Shown here: piece by piece, positions 30,600-44,140 of the stretch
Layout: every line of letters begins with the position of its first letter
Position numbering within the stretch: position 1 is the stretch's first letter
NCBI GenBank assembly: GCA_977020255.1
Contig: CDROCS010000877.1
Coordinates: 1 to 64,000 of the forward strand
Direction: 5' to 3'
Source of the DNA: Obrimoposthia wandeli
Taxonomy: Eukaryota
Length of the DNA stretch: 64,000 bases
Notes under the pieces: generated by a model
Databases searched by the model: none
What the model was told of the DNA's origin: nothing
Seen by the model: only the letters and a program-made list of their open reading frames with translations
Program-made: the position numbers and the translations under genes

Positions 30600-32280
30600 A
30601 TGCTCTGAAATAGTTAAAGTTTCATCAGAAACTTGATTTAAAGAATTATTTTTGTATTAACAAAAAAGCTAGACTAACTTTTCATATTAATAAAACTTAA
30701 ATTAATTTTTTTTTCAATTTCAAAATATACTCAAACTATTTAAAATTACATGCTCAAAATGTTTCATTAATTATTTTCTTTTATAAAAGACAAAAGAATA
30801 TTATGCATAAATTCGTCAATTTAAAATTATGAACACATAAATGTAAAATGATTAAGATTGAAGGAAATAAATTGAGATTATTTCCTTGTTAATGTTGTTT
30901 TAATAAAATTCTTCTGGTAATATTTATTGTCTGAGCTGAGTTTAAGAAAAACGGTTTTTGGCGTCAATTTCAATGGGCATGCCCACATTAATAACTGATT
31001 CAAAGTGATTTATAACCATTTGTTTGAATTTAGTTTTCGAATTCTTCTATCTTTGATTTCTTCGTCTCTCTTTCTTTAAAATGTTGTAACGAATTAAGGT
31101 TGGAGAAGAAATTATGAAGTGCGTGTCAAGAATATGGTCTTTCTCGTCTATGGATCGTGATTTCAATATTATGATCGGTTGGAGTCTAACTGAAAAATAC
31201 CAAAATACCAAAATTACGACATCACCAGATTTGTTCACTTCTCACTCCAATCATCTAAACAGGGAGAATTGTCGATAGCATTGCCGATACCTTAAATCCT
31301 ACCTGAGAACAGTTAGACCACCAAAAATACCTAAATCCAACAAAATATATTTATTCAGAAATGTTAAGGGGAAAAAAGTCTAATTAAACTAAATAAACGG
31401 ATCAAAGCGAATAAATCGTTTTTTTCTTTCCAATATTAGACAATTTTCAAGCATTGATATAGATTAAACAGCTATTTTCTTTTGTCAATTTAGAAAATAC
31501 AGATATTCAATCGACTTATATTCGTCACTGCTGCCACTGGGCTGGGTCAGGTTCAATCATGTTAACTTTCAACACCAACTCAGCTTGTCGGCAATGAGAC
31601 TGAATCTCAACCGCTGTTGGGTCTCAGTGGGTCCCCAAAGAGGTCAATTCATTAACTCGTAACTAATGGAAATGCAGTCTAAAGTGCTTAATTTAACTGT
31701 CCTGTATGGGCAAAAAATCCGCCTCCCTCCAACTGTAGTCATTGTTCATTGTTTAGTCTCTAAGCACCTTCTAAATCCATGCTGTTGGTTCAATTGCAAA
31801 CAAATCAGATTTAGAGCTCCGGATAATGTTCCATTTTACACGCGACACAGTGACCAACAAGCACATATGCCTAAATAACGTCATTCCACCATATGATGGT
31901 GAAATTGAAGTTGTAAACATTGTCAAGTATCTCGATACTTCAGTATCTATGCGTGCACTAATCGATAAAACTGTATGCACCAGCTCAGCAAAATCGTACT
32001 CGCAGTACTCAAAGGTTTCGACAATCTTATAAGGGTTATTTTAGTTAAAAAGGATTTTTTCTAACTTCTGGAAAAATTGTTTAGAAATTCGTTTTTCCCC
32101 CGTATTTGAAAGGTTTGCTTAAGTACATGTTACACCTAGTGAATGCTTTGTGAAGGTTCAAATACAATTTGAAAACAAATTCAAACGAAAGGTATCAACT
32201 GTCCCTAACGTGAACACTACTTTGCAGCAGTACATTTTCTTACCTTCAATACAAACTTGCTAAAATACGTCATCTTATTC

Positions 32281-32402
32281 AGTCGGGATTCAGCCGGGGT
32301 GCAGTCGGGATTCAGCCACGATTCAACCGGGATTCAACTAGGATTTAGCCGGGATTCAGCCGGGATTCAACCGGGATTCAGCCGGGATTCAGTCGAGATT
32401 CG
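32281..32402. repeat. 11-bp GC-rich minisatellite (AGCCGGGATTC)n, ~11 units
   Basis: Direct reading of the units. Confidence 0.9.
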
Positions 32403-34959
32403 AAAAAGAAATCACTGAGTAATATGACTCTGATGGAACTGATATTTGGCAAGCAAGTTGTGATCGATGTCTGGGCAACATTTACAAAGTTTCATTCACA
32501 GATATTAATTACTTCCGGAGATTCTAAATCAGTTAAGTAGGGAAAAAGTGAATAAATGATTCCCGAGGACAGAATATTTTTAGGATGTTATTAAAATAAA
32601 AAATAAAAGCTTTAAAATCAACAAATGAAATTCACTTTGATGCTCACCTATGATGAACTGATGATACAAAATATTTACCAAAGAAATGCAAATAAGAGAA
32701 AATTTGCTGAGATTTATAAAGTCACCTTATAGAATTTTGTTTCCCCAATATTCTGGGAATAAGGGTTTATGAAATCCCACTTTCGGTCTCTGATGCTCAT
32801 TTTCACTTTTCGTTATTGCGATATTTAGTTGTGGAACTGCCGGTCGTTCCAGCTTTACCCGGAAATATCTCCGGGAATAATTAAAATTGGAATGAAATTT
32901 GGAAAATGGTGGCCAGACATGGAACACTCCTTAAAATATCGAATTAATACATATGTCACTAGTCTAAATAATGTATTAATCAAAAGTTCTTTTAAAAATA
33001 TTGAGTTTCTTAATTAAATCATCTGATAAAAATAAACAAAACAATAAATTGACGCTCTAAAATTATCGAGTCGATGAAGACCGCTTTTGTAAGTATAACA
33101 CATTTGAGGACAAATTGCATATATTATAGGATGCTATTAAAGTGAGAAATGGTATGTCGAAATCAAACAAATCTGTTTGACGTTTGTGCATGCAATTAAC
33201 AATTTCTTTTCTAGAGTTTCACAAGAAACATGGTCTTCAAAAAAACCGTTTTTGATATTTTCTCGTTTTTACAATTTTTTTTCTAAAAACTCATTTTCTC
33301 TGACAGCTCTTTATCTCATTATCAGTATACCAATTAATCTTAGAAAATGTATTGTTATGAACCACTTGTAACGAACAACAATATAATAATTTACTATCTG
33401 TGACAGGTCTTCTGATTTGCATGAAGCGGAAATGTGAAATGTCTAATGTTAGATTGGATTTCCAGTATCTCTAATTGAAGGGTCTGGATTCCAGTAGCAA
33501 TAAAGTAAATATATAAGCAGAGTCATTTGTGCATTAAACATACCAAAAACAACAAACAAATACCTTTAAAAATTATTTGCAAATCTTCTGGAAGAAATAT
33601 AAACGGTAATCGTAAGTTTGATTTTTTAAAATATACTTTAAATAGTTTATAAAACTCTAATTTAGTTATTTTTATCATTTGATAAACTTTTTTTAAATCG
33701 AACTCTCGTCCCATCTGTTGAGTTGTACTACAACATTTTAATATTTGATTTTGATTCTTTGTATTATTCTACTTATCATAATTTACTAGTTTGTATTTGA
33801 ATACATTATTAATAAGTAAAACATACAGCGTTTTGATTTATACTCAGAAATATATTATTACTTTGGTAAAACCCAACACATACAATCAATATGAAAATAT
33901 TAAAGTGTCCTGTCAAAGAATTTTTCTTCTTCTAAATTTGAACAAACTCACCTACACGCTTGTATTAAAGCTCTTATGCGTAAAGGCATTTTGGTCATGG
34001 CTTTAAAAAGTCCATTCTATTTTCAAGTACAGGTGGTTTCAAAGGAAAAAAAGTAATGTGTATTATAGTATGTTTTAAACACTTTATACCACATCTCCTG
34101 AAATTTTTTATGAAGATTCCTAATTTTGCAAAATTACCAACGCAATGTATGATTATCAGAATAAACCTCAGAGCTTTTAATATAATACTACAGACTGAAA
34201 AAGCGCAACACCTAAACACCTTCTTCCACAAGAGCGCTGTGTTTTGAATACAATATAATCATAAACTACTGAAACGTTCACATAAAAACCAGTTTAAAAA
34301 ATCAAATTACTTTATTTGATTTGCTTTATATATATATGTTATACTTCAATGGACAATTATAGTTGAGATTTTATATTATCTTATTATTGATCAAATTCCA
34401 AAGTTTATAAAAATATCTGAGAATCCAATTATATGTAAAAATCCAATCCAATCTAAATCCAATTATATCTATTGTGAAATAGAGAATATATTGTCGAGCA
34501 TAAAAGTATAAGAGCTTTTAATATAGTAGACACGAAAACTCAATAAGACCATAACTTTATTGATTAGAATTTAAATTTAAAAATCATATCATAGTAACCT
34601 CACCAACGATGGATTATCATAATTCCATAATAATAATAACAAATTAATTATTATTATTACCACAACACATTATGATCCCCACCATCACCAATCATCACCA
34701 CTATCATCATTACAATTACCACATATTTTGACCTCATTATAAAACCAATGCTTACTTTCATTATTCAGCATTGGCCATGTTAACAACTTTTAACAATTAA
34801 ACAACTGTATTCATCCTACGAATAAACCACTGATTTACAACAACTGATTTATTCCTATCATCTAATTTTATTAGACATGAATATTGATGAATAAGTTTTA
34901 TTATTATCCCGTATTTAAAAGTGTGTTTATCCTTAAACTTAATCCTCACTCTCTCGCCC

Positions 34960-36754
34960 TTTTTAAAAACTCCGAGTTCCTTGGCTTGGAAGTAATTTGG
35001 GTTTGTGGTTTAAATTAAATTCTTGGCTTCTAAACGCTCTGCCATTATCAGTTACAATCCGTTTCGGTATACTACATAGGGAGAATAAGGAATTTAAATT
35101 AACAATACTATTAGTGGCATCAGCTTTTCTGATTTTCGTCGCAAATGGGTATCTAGAATGCCAATCTATGACCGTAAGGAATGTATATACATTTAATATA
35201 TTAGAAAGTCCTATAAAATCCGAAGCTATCGTGTCCAACACCATATTTATCAATGGTTCTACAGTTTTCATTGGAGCCAGTTTTTCTGCAGTAAAATGCG
35301 CACAGGTGTTGCATTTATTAACAAACTCCTTTATATCTTTGCTCATATATGGCCACAAACAGTAACTTTTGATTAACTCCGTTAGCTTAACCATTCCAAT
35401 ATGCCATTCATGTCCGATGTTAAAAATATTCTTACGTAATTTCAATGGTATGTAGATTCTATCATCGAATCTTAGTACATCTTCTATGAACGATATATTA
35501 TCCTTAATACCTATGTACTTTGCAGCTGGTTTATTATCAAAAACTTATTTTAACTCTGCAAACATGCTATCAGTTTCATTAGATTTCTTCACATCCTCAA
35601 ATGATACGAATCCATGATTATTAATCAAGCATACCATTCATGTTTCACCTTCTTGCTTTGAAGCTTTATTTAATGAAATAGGTAACCTCGATAAGTTATC
35701 TGCTATCTCGTTTTTCTTTCCTTTTATATGTTTTACATCGAAGGTATAATTCTGTTGTCTTGTTAACTATCTTTGTATTCTTGAATTTGACTTATCAATG
35801 GATTTTCTGAAAAAGGATATAAGTGGCATGTTATCTGTAGATAACCTAAATTTCCTGCCAATAAGAAAGTTTTTCAGTTGTTCAATTCCAAACAACACCA
35901 TTAAACATTCTTTTTCAATTTGTGAGTACCTTATTTCCGCGTCATTTAATTTTAGTGAGACATAAATAATAGGATGATTATCTTTAATAAAACAGCACTG
36001 AGCCCATAGCCACTGGCATATGTTCTAAGTTCCACTTTTTACTCATTATTAAATAATTTCAAAGGGTTTATAATTGATTATTCATGTTTCATTTTTATAA
36101 ACTGAGATTCATGGCTGTCTTTCCATACAAAAACATCTTTCTTCATAATATCCCATAAATCTCAAACTAACTCCGAATAGCCTTTACAGAACTTCTGACT
36201 CACATATCCTGCTAAGCCTAAAAAACTTCACAATTCATTGTGATTCTTCGGCGTTAGATATGCCTTCAATTTATCACATTTATCTTTCGTTGGTTTCAAT
36301 CCGTCAGCACATAACAAATGTCCTAAAAATTTAACAGTTCTTTTACAGTATTCACATTTTTCTTCGTTAATACACACATTGTATTCTTTGAATCTCTTTA
36401 ATAACTTCTTTAAATTATATCATGTTCTTATACAGTTTTTGAAAATACTAATATGTCGTCAACATAACATAGTACTCATTCTAATTCAGCAATAACGTGC
36501 TCCATGCACTTTTGAAAATTTTCAGGTGTGGAACTAAGTCCAAACGGCAGTCGTTTATACCGTTAACGGCCAAATGGTGAGCAAAACACAGCATATTTCC
36601 TTCTCTTGTTATTAAATAAAATCTGGTGATAGCCCTTTTTAGCATCCAGTAAAGAAAATATCTTTGCTCCGCCAAGCCTTGCCATTACTTATCGAAACGC
36701 TGGCATTTGAAATGGTACCCATTTAATGGCTTTATTTATATGTCTACAGTCGAT
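34960..36754 (-). pseudogene. pol: Decayed ordinary Ty3/gypsy pol (RT-RNase H-integrase), truncated at the CIDYR motif by the Polinton end
   Basis: IDCRHINKAI; YVDDILVFS; LRSFLGLAGY; TDASGYGL; EKECL..; HEWHIG..CNTC; VIDWHSRYP..TDNGRAF; many stops. Confidence 0.85.
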
Positions 36755-37289
36755 AGTAGGTGGATGTGTCCGGTCTAATCCACACCCCCTACTGTCCTTT
36801 AAAATCGTGCATGTGTGTGGAGTGAAATTTCGTGCATGTGTGTGGAGTGAAAATTTGTGTATGTGTGTAAGGAATTTTTTTTTGAAAAATTAAAAGAAGC
36901 AACGAATAGGAGGGAGGGTACTCCTGTTCTTTAAAACCGTGCATGTGTGTGGAGTGAAATTTCGTGTATGTGTGTGGAGTGAAATTTCATGTATGTGTGT
37001 CTCCATTCCACCCAAAGGGGGAAGGAGGGGCCCCCCTTCATTTAAAAAAAATTACTTTGAAATTTACCTCGAATCTCAAAAGTGGTTAGAGAAGACCACG
37101 GGAATCCATATTGAACCCGGCGGCTTATCGCAGATGAGATTTCAAATAATATATTACTACTATTTTTAAGAAAGATTTTAGATTACTACATGTTAAATAT
37201 TTAGATCAGATTTATAAGAGAAATTAGAACTATATAATTAAGAGGAGAAAAAACAAAATACGAGTCAAAATTATTTTTCAAAACATTTA

Positions 37290-37694
37290 TTAAACATAAA
37301 ACAACATTTTGGCTTCACTCAAAGTCCAAAGAGGCGGCATTTTCTCGTCATCAGCAAAATATCCATTGAGACGTATTGAGATATTCCATAGTTCTTCATC
37401 TAGAATTGGAGCAATCAAATATCCTAGATAATCTTTAAAATCCAGACTGGGATCAGTTTCAAGCTCGAAACAATTTCCTTCATATACATAATCAGGAATG
37501 TAAAATCCCAAAATATTTTTCAATTGATCAATATCCGATGTTGTTAAAATTTCGATGAGATATTTATTCTCCACTTTTGATATTTTCACAGGATTCATAA
37601 CTCGTATAATTTGATGCCTCTTTAATATATTACATAGTTTTCCTTTTGAAATTCTTTCTGGATAATAAAAATTTACTACACATCTCTTATCCAT
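37290..37694 (-). CDS. Polinton hypothetical protein (mirror 47211-47585 +)
   Basis: ORF MDKRCV..; near-identical copy in the other arm. Confidence 0.55.
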   Translation of the reverse strand: MDKRCVVNFYYPERISKGKLCNILKRHQIIRVMNPVKISKVENKYLIEILTTSDIDQLKNILGFYIPDYVYEGNCFELETDPSLDFKDYLGYLIAPILDEELWNISIRLNGYFADDEKMPPLWTLSEAKMLFYV

Positions 37695-37828
37695 TCTAAA
37701 ATAAGGAAACTGATTAAAAACAATGTTTATAAAAAAATACATATAAGATACAAATATTTAAAAAATAAAACTGATTATTAAATGAAAGAAACGTAGTAAA
37801 ACCGATTACAATTTATTACACGCAAAAG

Positions 37829-38131
37829 TTAAAACATAGAAATATGAGCACGTTCAATTTTCCACATAGTCAACATTGTCCCCATTTCATTTTTCTTGTA
37901 ACCATAAAGTCGAATTGTTACAGTCCATTGCTTCTTTTTCGGAAATGCATCAATATCAACATATCTTCTATAGTCATCTAGAAATGCTTCATCGGGTCCT
38001 CGGATATAAAATTCGTTCTTATTGAAAGTAAAATTCGGAATTGCCTTTTCAACTTTCTGTTTAAGATATTGAAAAACTGGTTTTTGAATATTTGATAGAT
38101 AGTAGTTGAACTTGCTTCTTTCAATTGTCAC
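37829..38131 (-). CDS. Polinton hypothetical protein (mirror 46769-47089 +); shares W..TIRLxGY with the neighbouring ORF
   Basis: ORF open in both arms; QWTVTIRLYGY vs LWNISIRLNGY suggests a tandem paralog. Confidence 0.55.
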   Translation of the reverse strand: MTIERSKFNYYLSNIQKPVFQYLKQKVEKAIPNFTFNKNEFYIRGPDEAFLDDYRRYVDIDAFPKKKQWTVTIRLYGYKKNEMGTMLTMWKIERAHISMF

Positions 38132-38560
38132 AGGATTTACTAAAGCAATGAGTTAAGCCTTCTTCAAAAATCTGACTTTGTAATTGAAATATTGTTTCAC
38201 TTCTTCATATATATCCTTATCCGATTCTTCAAACATTTCTATATCTTTGCAATCGCTTAATACCCGTTGGCTATCGTCCATCGTTGATAATTGTCTTTGA
38301 TATGAATGCATTTACTGTGATTTGTCCTCCAAAAGCGCATTATTTTGTACTTATTTCTAACAAAGACATGAATCTCATTGGTTAATATAACTAAAGCATT
38401 GAATTTGATTGGACTAAATCCATATTAAAAATCAAATTTGATTGGAAGAAATATATCATCCAATTATAATAGGTTTGCAAGATAATTGCAAGAAACGTGC
38501 AATAAAAAAGCAGGTTCAGACATATATAAAGAAGATTTTACAGAATACAATTTTAGTCTA

Positions 38561-39060
38561 ATGAAACTCGTAAATATAAATTATAAAGGTAGAACAGATA
38601 ATGATGTTTCGTACTTAACATTCAATGAATGGAAGCCGAGACAAAATGTGTAAAAGTTTGACAAATTCACAGTTGTCATTTTTCTAACAAGTTATATATA
38701 TATATTTTTTCATATTGAATTCTTTTAGGAAATTGTCGTGATATGGGATGCAAAATAACAATGCTTGGGTTCAATTTACCATTTGGAATTCGAATCACTG
38801 CAATACAATCAATCACGATTTCGGCTAATCTTGGGAAACAGATAAATCTTTTTAAAACTGCAGAGAAAATGAAAGAAGAATGCATGTTTGAACCAGAAAT
38901 TTTTCCTGCTCTCAGTTATTTGAAGTTTAAACCGTTATGTGTAAATATATTTTCGAGTGGTAAAGTTATGAAATTGGGATTGAAAATTTTTGATTATCCA
39001 GACATTGTTGATTTGATTTTAGAAAATATATCTTATTACATCTTGTTATCTTTTCTTTAA
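38561..39060 (+). pseudogene. TBP-like (TATA-binding protein fold) gene with a 38-nt GT-AG intron (38691-38728)
   Basis: Repeat 1: LVNINYKG..FTVVIFLT[G]xCRxMGCK; repeat 2: IQSITISANLG..INL..FEPEIFPALSY..KPLCVNIFSSGKVMxLG. Exon 1 contains a stop. Confidence 0.75.
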
Positions 39061-39398
39061 ACAAACCCGTTTAAACTTATTGTTTCAAATGAATAATACT
39101 ATAAATAGAGACAATGAAGTGGATCGTCTTGCCGACGAAATATTTTCTTGAAAAATTAGGGGTAAAGAAATTTTATCAGAATTAAAAAATAATGATATAA
39201 CAAGAGATAACATTGAAATATTGGTTAGATCACACATTATTCGAGAATTTAGAAATCATACACAAATAAATAAAATTATAGCCAAATATTCATTAATTAA
39301 TTTTTGTATTTCATCTACAATAGCTCTAACATTGTACATTTCAATAAGGAAACTTTTATGATAATATAAACAATATTAAAAATGAAAGAGTATATGCA

Positions 39399-39999
39399 AT
39401 GGAGCTAAATAATAATGCTGTATTTCAAATAGTTGGTCCCAGTGGAAGTGGAAAGACACATTTCGTATGTAAATTGTTGCAAAATGAATCTCTTTTCAAA
39501 TCTAGTTTCAAAATTATTTATTGCCATCATGGTGGAGAAGGGGAAAGCGTGTTAACCAAAACAGAAGTTTGCAAGTTGAAGGGAATAAAATTTATTGAAG
39601 GATTTGATGCAAATTGGTGTGAAAGATTGAAAAAAGAAGATGTAATAATAATTGATGATTTGTATTGCAAGACATCGTGAAGTAACAGTTATATTTATCA
39701 CTCAAAATCTTTTACACCAAGGATGTCACCATAGAACTAAAAATCTTAATGTAAATTACTTAGTTTTATTTAAAAATCCTGGAGATCAAACAGTTGTAGA
39801 TTTCGTGGCCAGACAGGCGTTTTCACAAAATAAGAACTTTCTAGTTGATTCATTCCACGATGCTGCTAAACAAGCACATGGGTATATATTTATTGACTTT
39901 ACACAAGCTTGCCCAGATGATTTACGTGTTTTAACATACATATTTAATTCTAAAGGAGTAATTGTTTATAAACAAATAGAGAACAATTATAAAAAATAA
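39399..39999 (+). pseudogene. Polinton packaging ATPase (A32/FtsK-HerA type), frameshifted
   Basis: GPSGSGKT; IIIDDL; ARHREVTVIFITQNL; YLVLFKNP; GYIFIDF. Confidence 0.9.
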
Positions 40000-40536
40000 A
40001 TTTGCAATGCCTTTTACGAATTTGATAGTAAAACGTAAAGTAAAATCTAAGAAATCAAAAAAAAGAATCATTAAGAAAAAAGAAGTGAATAAATTAATCA
40101 AATCTGTAGTTAGAAATAAAAGAAAACTTAAATGGCTTCGAATATAAACAATATTCAAATTGAACCTTTTTATTAAAATAAAGAAAATACAAAGAAGCAT
40201 ACCCTATTTTAAAGCTTTGGTCAAAGCCTCTTCTCATAAGATAATGATTATTCTTAAAGCATTTCCATCTTTTGTTGTAGATGATTTATTGGAAGTTTTG
40301 TATAATATAGTTTTAGGTTGAGTAAAAGTTGGAAAACGGAAAATTGTATTAAAGAAATATAGAAAATCTCTTCAGGATATTGATAATGTAAAAAGTAAAA
40401 AAAAGAAAACGAAATATTATTCTTAAACATAATGATGGTTTCATAGGGGTTGTTATTCCAGTTGTTGCTTCAATTATCAGTAGTATTATAGCTGCGACAC
40501 GTTCATAAACAGTTATTTCTAAAATCAGCTAAGGAT

Positions 40537-41600
40537 ATGGGTGCTTTTTTTTATTCTATCTATTCAAATTGTTGTAAAGTAGAAGATAAGGTTCAATCCA
40601 AAAGATCCAATTGGCTACACAGGAGTTTCAAAATGAGCAAAAAGAACAAAACAGAATTACAAGAAAACGCAGAAATGGCTGAGCGATCAGTTAGCCTACA
40701 GTCTAAACAAACCGATGAGAAGGTTTCCAACTAGAGCTTACAAAACCAGCGGTCCTAATAATTGATGGCAAATGGATTTGATGGAGATGATTCCATATTC
40801 TTCCATTAATAAGGGATACCGATATATTTTAACATGTATTGATGTATTTAGCAGGTTTTCTCGTGTAATTCTAGTTAAAGCAAAGTCTTCAATAGCTATG
40901 CTTGAAGCCATTAAAGAAATATTAATAGAGGACATTCCACAAAATGTGCAAACTGATTTATGAAAAGAATTTTATAATAAGCAAGTTCAATCATTATTTA
41001 AACAAAATAATATAAATCATTACTCTGTGTTTTCACAGTACAAAGCAGCAATAGTAGAAAGATTTAATCGTACTTTAAGAGATCGAATAAAAAAGTATTT
41101 CACAAAAGAAGGAAATAAAAAATGGATCCAAGTTTTACCTAAAATAATACATGCATATAATCACTCTGAACATAGAGGTCTCAAGGGAATGAGACCTGTT
41201 GATGTTACTAATAAAAACTCTATGGATATTTGGATGGACAGGAATAAAAAGGAAAATATTGAAAAAGCTAAATATAAGAAAAGCCAATATGTTCGAATTT
41301 CAAAAATTAGCTCTACTTAATTTATTAGAAACTTTGATCAGAATTGGAGCGATGAAATATTTTGTATAAGTAAAATTGATCAAAAGAGTAATCCAATAAT
41401 GTATACCGTTAAAGATGCTGACAATAATATCGTTCACGGTAAATTTTACGAGCAAGAACTACAAGTTATATCAAATAAACCTAGCGTTTTCCGTATTCAA
41501 AAAAATATTAAAATCTAAGGGTGCCGGTAAACATAAACAATAATATGCTAAATGGCATGGTTATTCAGATTCAACTTTAATATCAGCATCTAATATAATA
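40537..41600 (+). pseudogene. Polinton retroviral-like integrase with C-terminal chromodomain-like tail
   Basis: WQMDL..YRYILTCIDVFSRF..VQTD..EFYNK..KAAIVERFNRTL..YNHSEH; VRISK..NWSDEIF..GKFYEQELQ; AKWHGY; several stops. Confidence 0.9.
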
Positions 41601-42650
41601 TGAAGTCTATGTATATGGTTTTACCTAGTAACGGATGCCCGAAGACTCAACCAGATAATGACGCTAGTAGCTTTATTATCGATTGGGAAAATCCTATAAA
41701 TCTCCAAGGAGAATGGGAAGCGGCTTTAACAGAATTTTTCTTTTATTATTCTCCAATTACTATCAGAAGAAACTCGCATATTTCGTTTACAAAAAAATTA
41801 TATCATGAAAAAACAACTGAAGTTGTGATCGGGTTTGAAAGTAAAGGAAAATTCTATTACATATAGATAAAGAAGTGAAAGTAATATATGAAAAAAACAA
41901 AGTCAGATTTAAAAATCGACTAAAACATTTTACTAAACCTATTCAAATTATATTTGGATCTGATAGAGAAGCTCTTCAATTCGGTTTTGACAGTGAACAT
42001 GTAGTAGGTTTGAAGAAATCTGATATAGCCTCATCTAAATCGTTTTAAAATGTTCTTGATAGAGTAACAAAAGTGTTTTTAGTTGAAACGAGATCAAAGT
42101 ATGTAGTGGAACTGAAAAGGTTTTCAAAAGATTATAAAATAGATATTGAAGTGAACTTATGTATATTAATACAGAAGGAGTGTAGTGAATATTTGGATAA
42201 ATGTGTAACATTAAAAAAATGATAAATTAACGTTTACAATAAAGAGCAATATAAAACGGGTTTCATTTGATGATAAACTCGCTAAAAACCTCGGTTTAAG
42301 CAGAAATACCTTTGAAACCCATACAATAAAAACCATAAAAGTTAAAAAATTAAGCAAAACCTTTAAATGCTGTTAATAATTTATATATTTATACTAATTT
42401 AAAAGAACCAACGCTTGTAGGAGGACAACGAGTTCCACTTTTGAGAACAATATGGATATCTCAAAATGAAACTAAAGATGGGGACGTTGTCGATAGGCGT
42501 ATAGATCAACCAATGTATCTTCCAGTTGCTCTCTTTTCTACAAACAATATTGAAGTAAATATAAGAGATGATTCCGGACAACTTATAGATTTCACGTACA
42601 AGATTAACAAGTTCAAGACAAGTTTAACAATACATTTAAGAAAACAAAAT
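41600..42650 (+). pseudogene. Polinton minor capsid (penton) protein
   Basis: MVLPSN..PDNDASSF..INLQGEWEAALTE; C-terminal EPTLVGGQRVPLLR..MYLPV..IEVNIRDDSGQLIDF..TIHLRK. Confidence 0.8.
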
Positions 42651-42950
42651 GGTGAATCCGGCAATAATTGAAGCTTATAGTCAAAACTAACAAGGTGGAG
42701 AATTACCATATTTTGTTGGTAAACAATATGGATCTGGCTGGCTTAGAACATTAGGTAGATTTGTCTTTCCTCTTTTAAAGAGACTCGGGCAATTTGTATC
42801 AAAATTAGGAAAGAATTATCTTTCATCTAAGGACAATAAACTAATACCAACTTTTAAGAAGCATGTACTTAATGAACTTGATAATGTTTTACCTGACGTT
42901 GCTAATTTAATTAGAAAAGGTAAATCAAATAAAAGCCAAGAAGGTAGTGA
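42650..42950 (+). pseudogene. Conserved small Polinton virion-associated protein
   Basis: QGGELPYFVGKQYGSGWLRTLGRFVFPLLK resembles the QxGG..F.G..Q.GxG..L.R..PL protein found between penton and major capsid. Confidence 0.6.
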
Positions 42951-43770
42951 ATTTAAACGTAAAAACTCGCAAAGAATGGATTGCAGAATCTAAAGCTTAT
43001 GAAATGTGTGGGTCTATGAGATTGAATTTCTTTGAACAACCGAAATATTTAGTTCTCGGTATTAATGTACATCTTCGTTTGAAACATAATAAATTAGATT
43101 TTTCTTTGATAAGCACAGACGTTCTAAAACCTAGACTTGATATTTAGGATGCAAAATTATATGTCCTAAGAGTTAAAACCGAGCAATCAGTTTTAATGAC
43201 ACATAATATAGGAATGGAAAAAAAGAATGCTTGTTATCCTATTAGAGAAACAAAACTTATAACCTACTCTTTAGGTACGGGTACACCAGCTTTTAATAAG
43301 GATCAAATTTTTGGTGATGTAAGATTACCGAAATTAGTTTTAAATTCTTTTCAGAAAACTGCAAAGTTTCTAGGAAATTATACGACAGATGTAACTCAAT
43401 TTGACAATCTTAATATATGTTCAGTGACTCTTTTAAGAAATACTGATTATCGTGAAACATATAAAACAGATTTCGAAGGTAACGCTTATGCTTTGGTTTG
43501 TACGCAATCTATTATTAGCAATTTAGGTCAACTAGATAAAAATAAAACAATAGTATTTCTTTTACTGAGTTTAAAAACAATTGTCCGTTCTTCACATTTG
43601 TTTTGGCACCAGACTTTGATATAAAACAATGCCAACTACCAAAGGATGGAAATTTACGACTAGAAATTAAGTTCAATGTAGCTTTAACACATCCTACAAC
43701 GGTGCTTTTTTACAGAGTATTTGATTCGGAAATACAAATCAATAAAAACCGAACTGTCATATTATAGAAT
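42950..43770 (+). pseudogene. Polinton major capsid protein (double jelly-roll), C-terminal part
   Basis: FFEQPKYLVLGINV..DAKLYV..ACYPI..LPK; in a shifted frame VLAPDFD..GNLRLEIKF..VFDSEIQINKNRTV. Confidence 0.8.
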
Positions 43771-43829
43771 GAAGTAAGAAATTTTTTAAATTAATATTTA
43801 TTAATTTTTATTTAGTTCAGTACAAGTAC

Positions 43830-44140
43830 AAGAATCAGCAGAGAAGGTCCTGGGTGATAAATTCAATGGAGTTTATCCTATTGATATGATTCCATTTTTT
43901 CAATCCGGAGGTTACATTATCAATACTCATACTTCGAATTAACCACGAGAACATTGGATAGCTATTTATGTTAGAGAGTGGACAATACATGTATTTGATC
44001 CACTTGCAATGCATTATCCACACAAACTTGTTTCGACTGTACAAAAAGAACGAAGAAGAGTATTTTACAACAAGATACAATATCAGGATCCGGTGACGAG
44101 AAACTGTGGACATTTAAGTATTTGCAAAACGATAAATATG
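43830..44140 (+). pseudogene. Adenain-like cysteine protease
   Basis: GVYPIDMIP..IINTHTS..PREHWIAIY..VFDPL..YQDPVTRNCGH (His, Asp, Gln, Cys positions). Confidence 0.82.

Larger units (their letters stand above)
23084..40466 (+). repeat. Left arm of a giant inverted duplication
   Basis: Reverse complement of 64000 maps to 23084; the match ends at ..TTCCAGTTGTT 40466; many mirrored ORF pairs. Confidence 0.95.

Noticed and set aside
31666-32040. LINE RT C-terminal remnant (IVKYLD)
   Set aside because: Single weak motif, no YADD or endonuclease nearby.
34610-34730. Poly-His/Asn coding tract
   Set aside because: Low-complexity CAT/CAC/TAA repeats with no supporting ORF.
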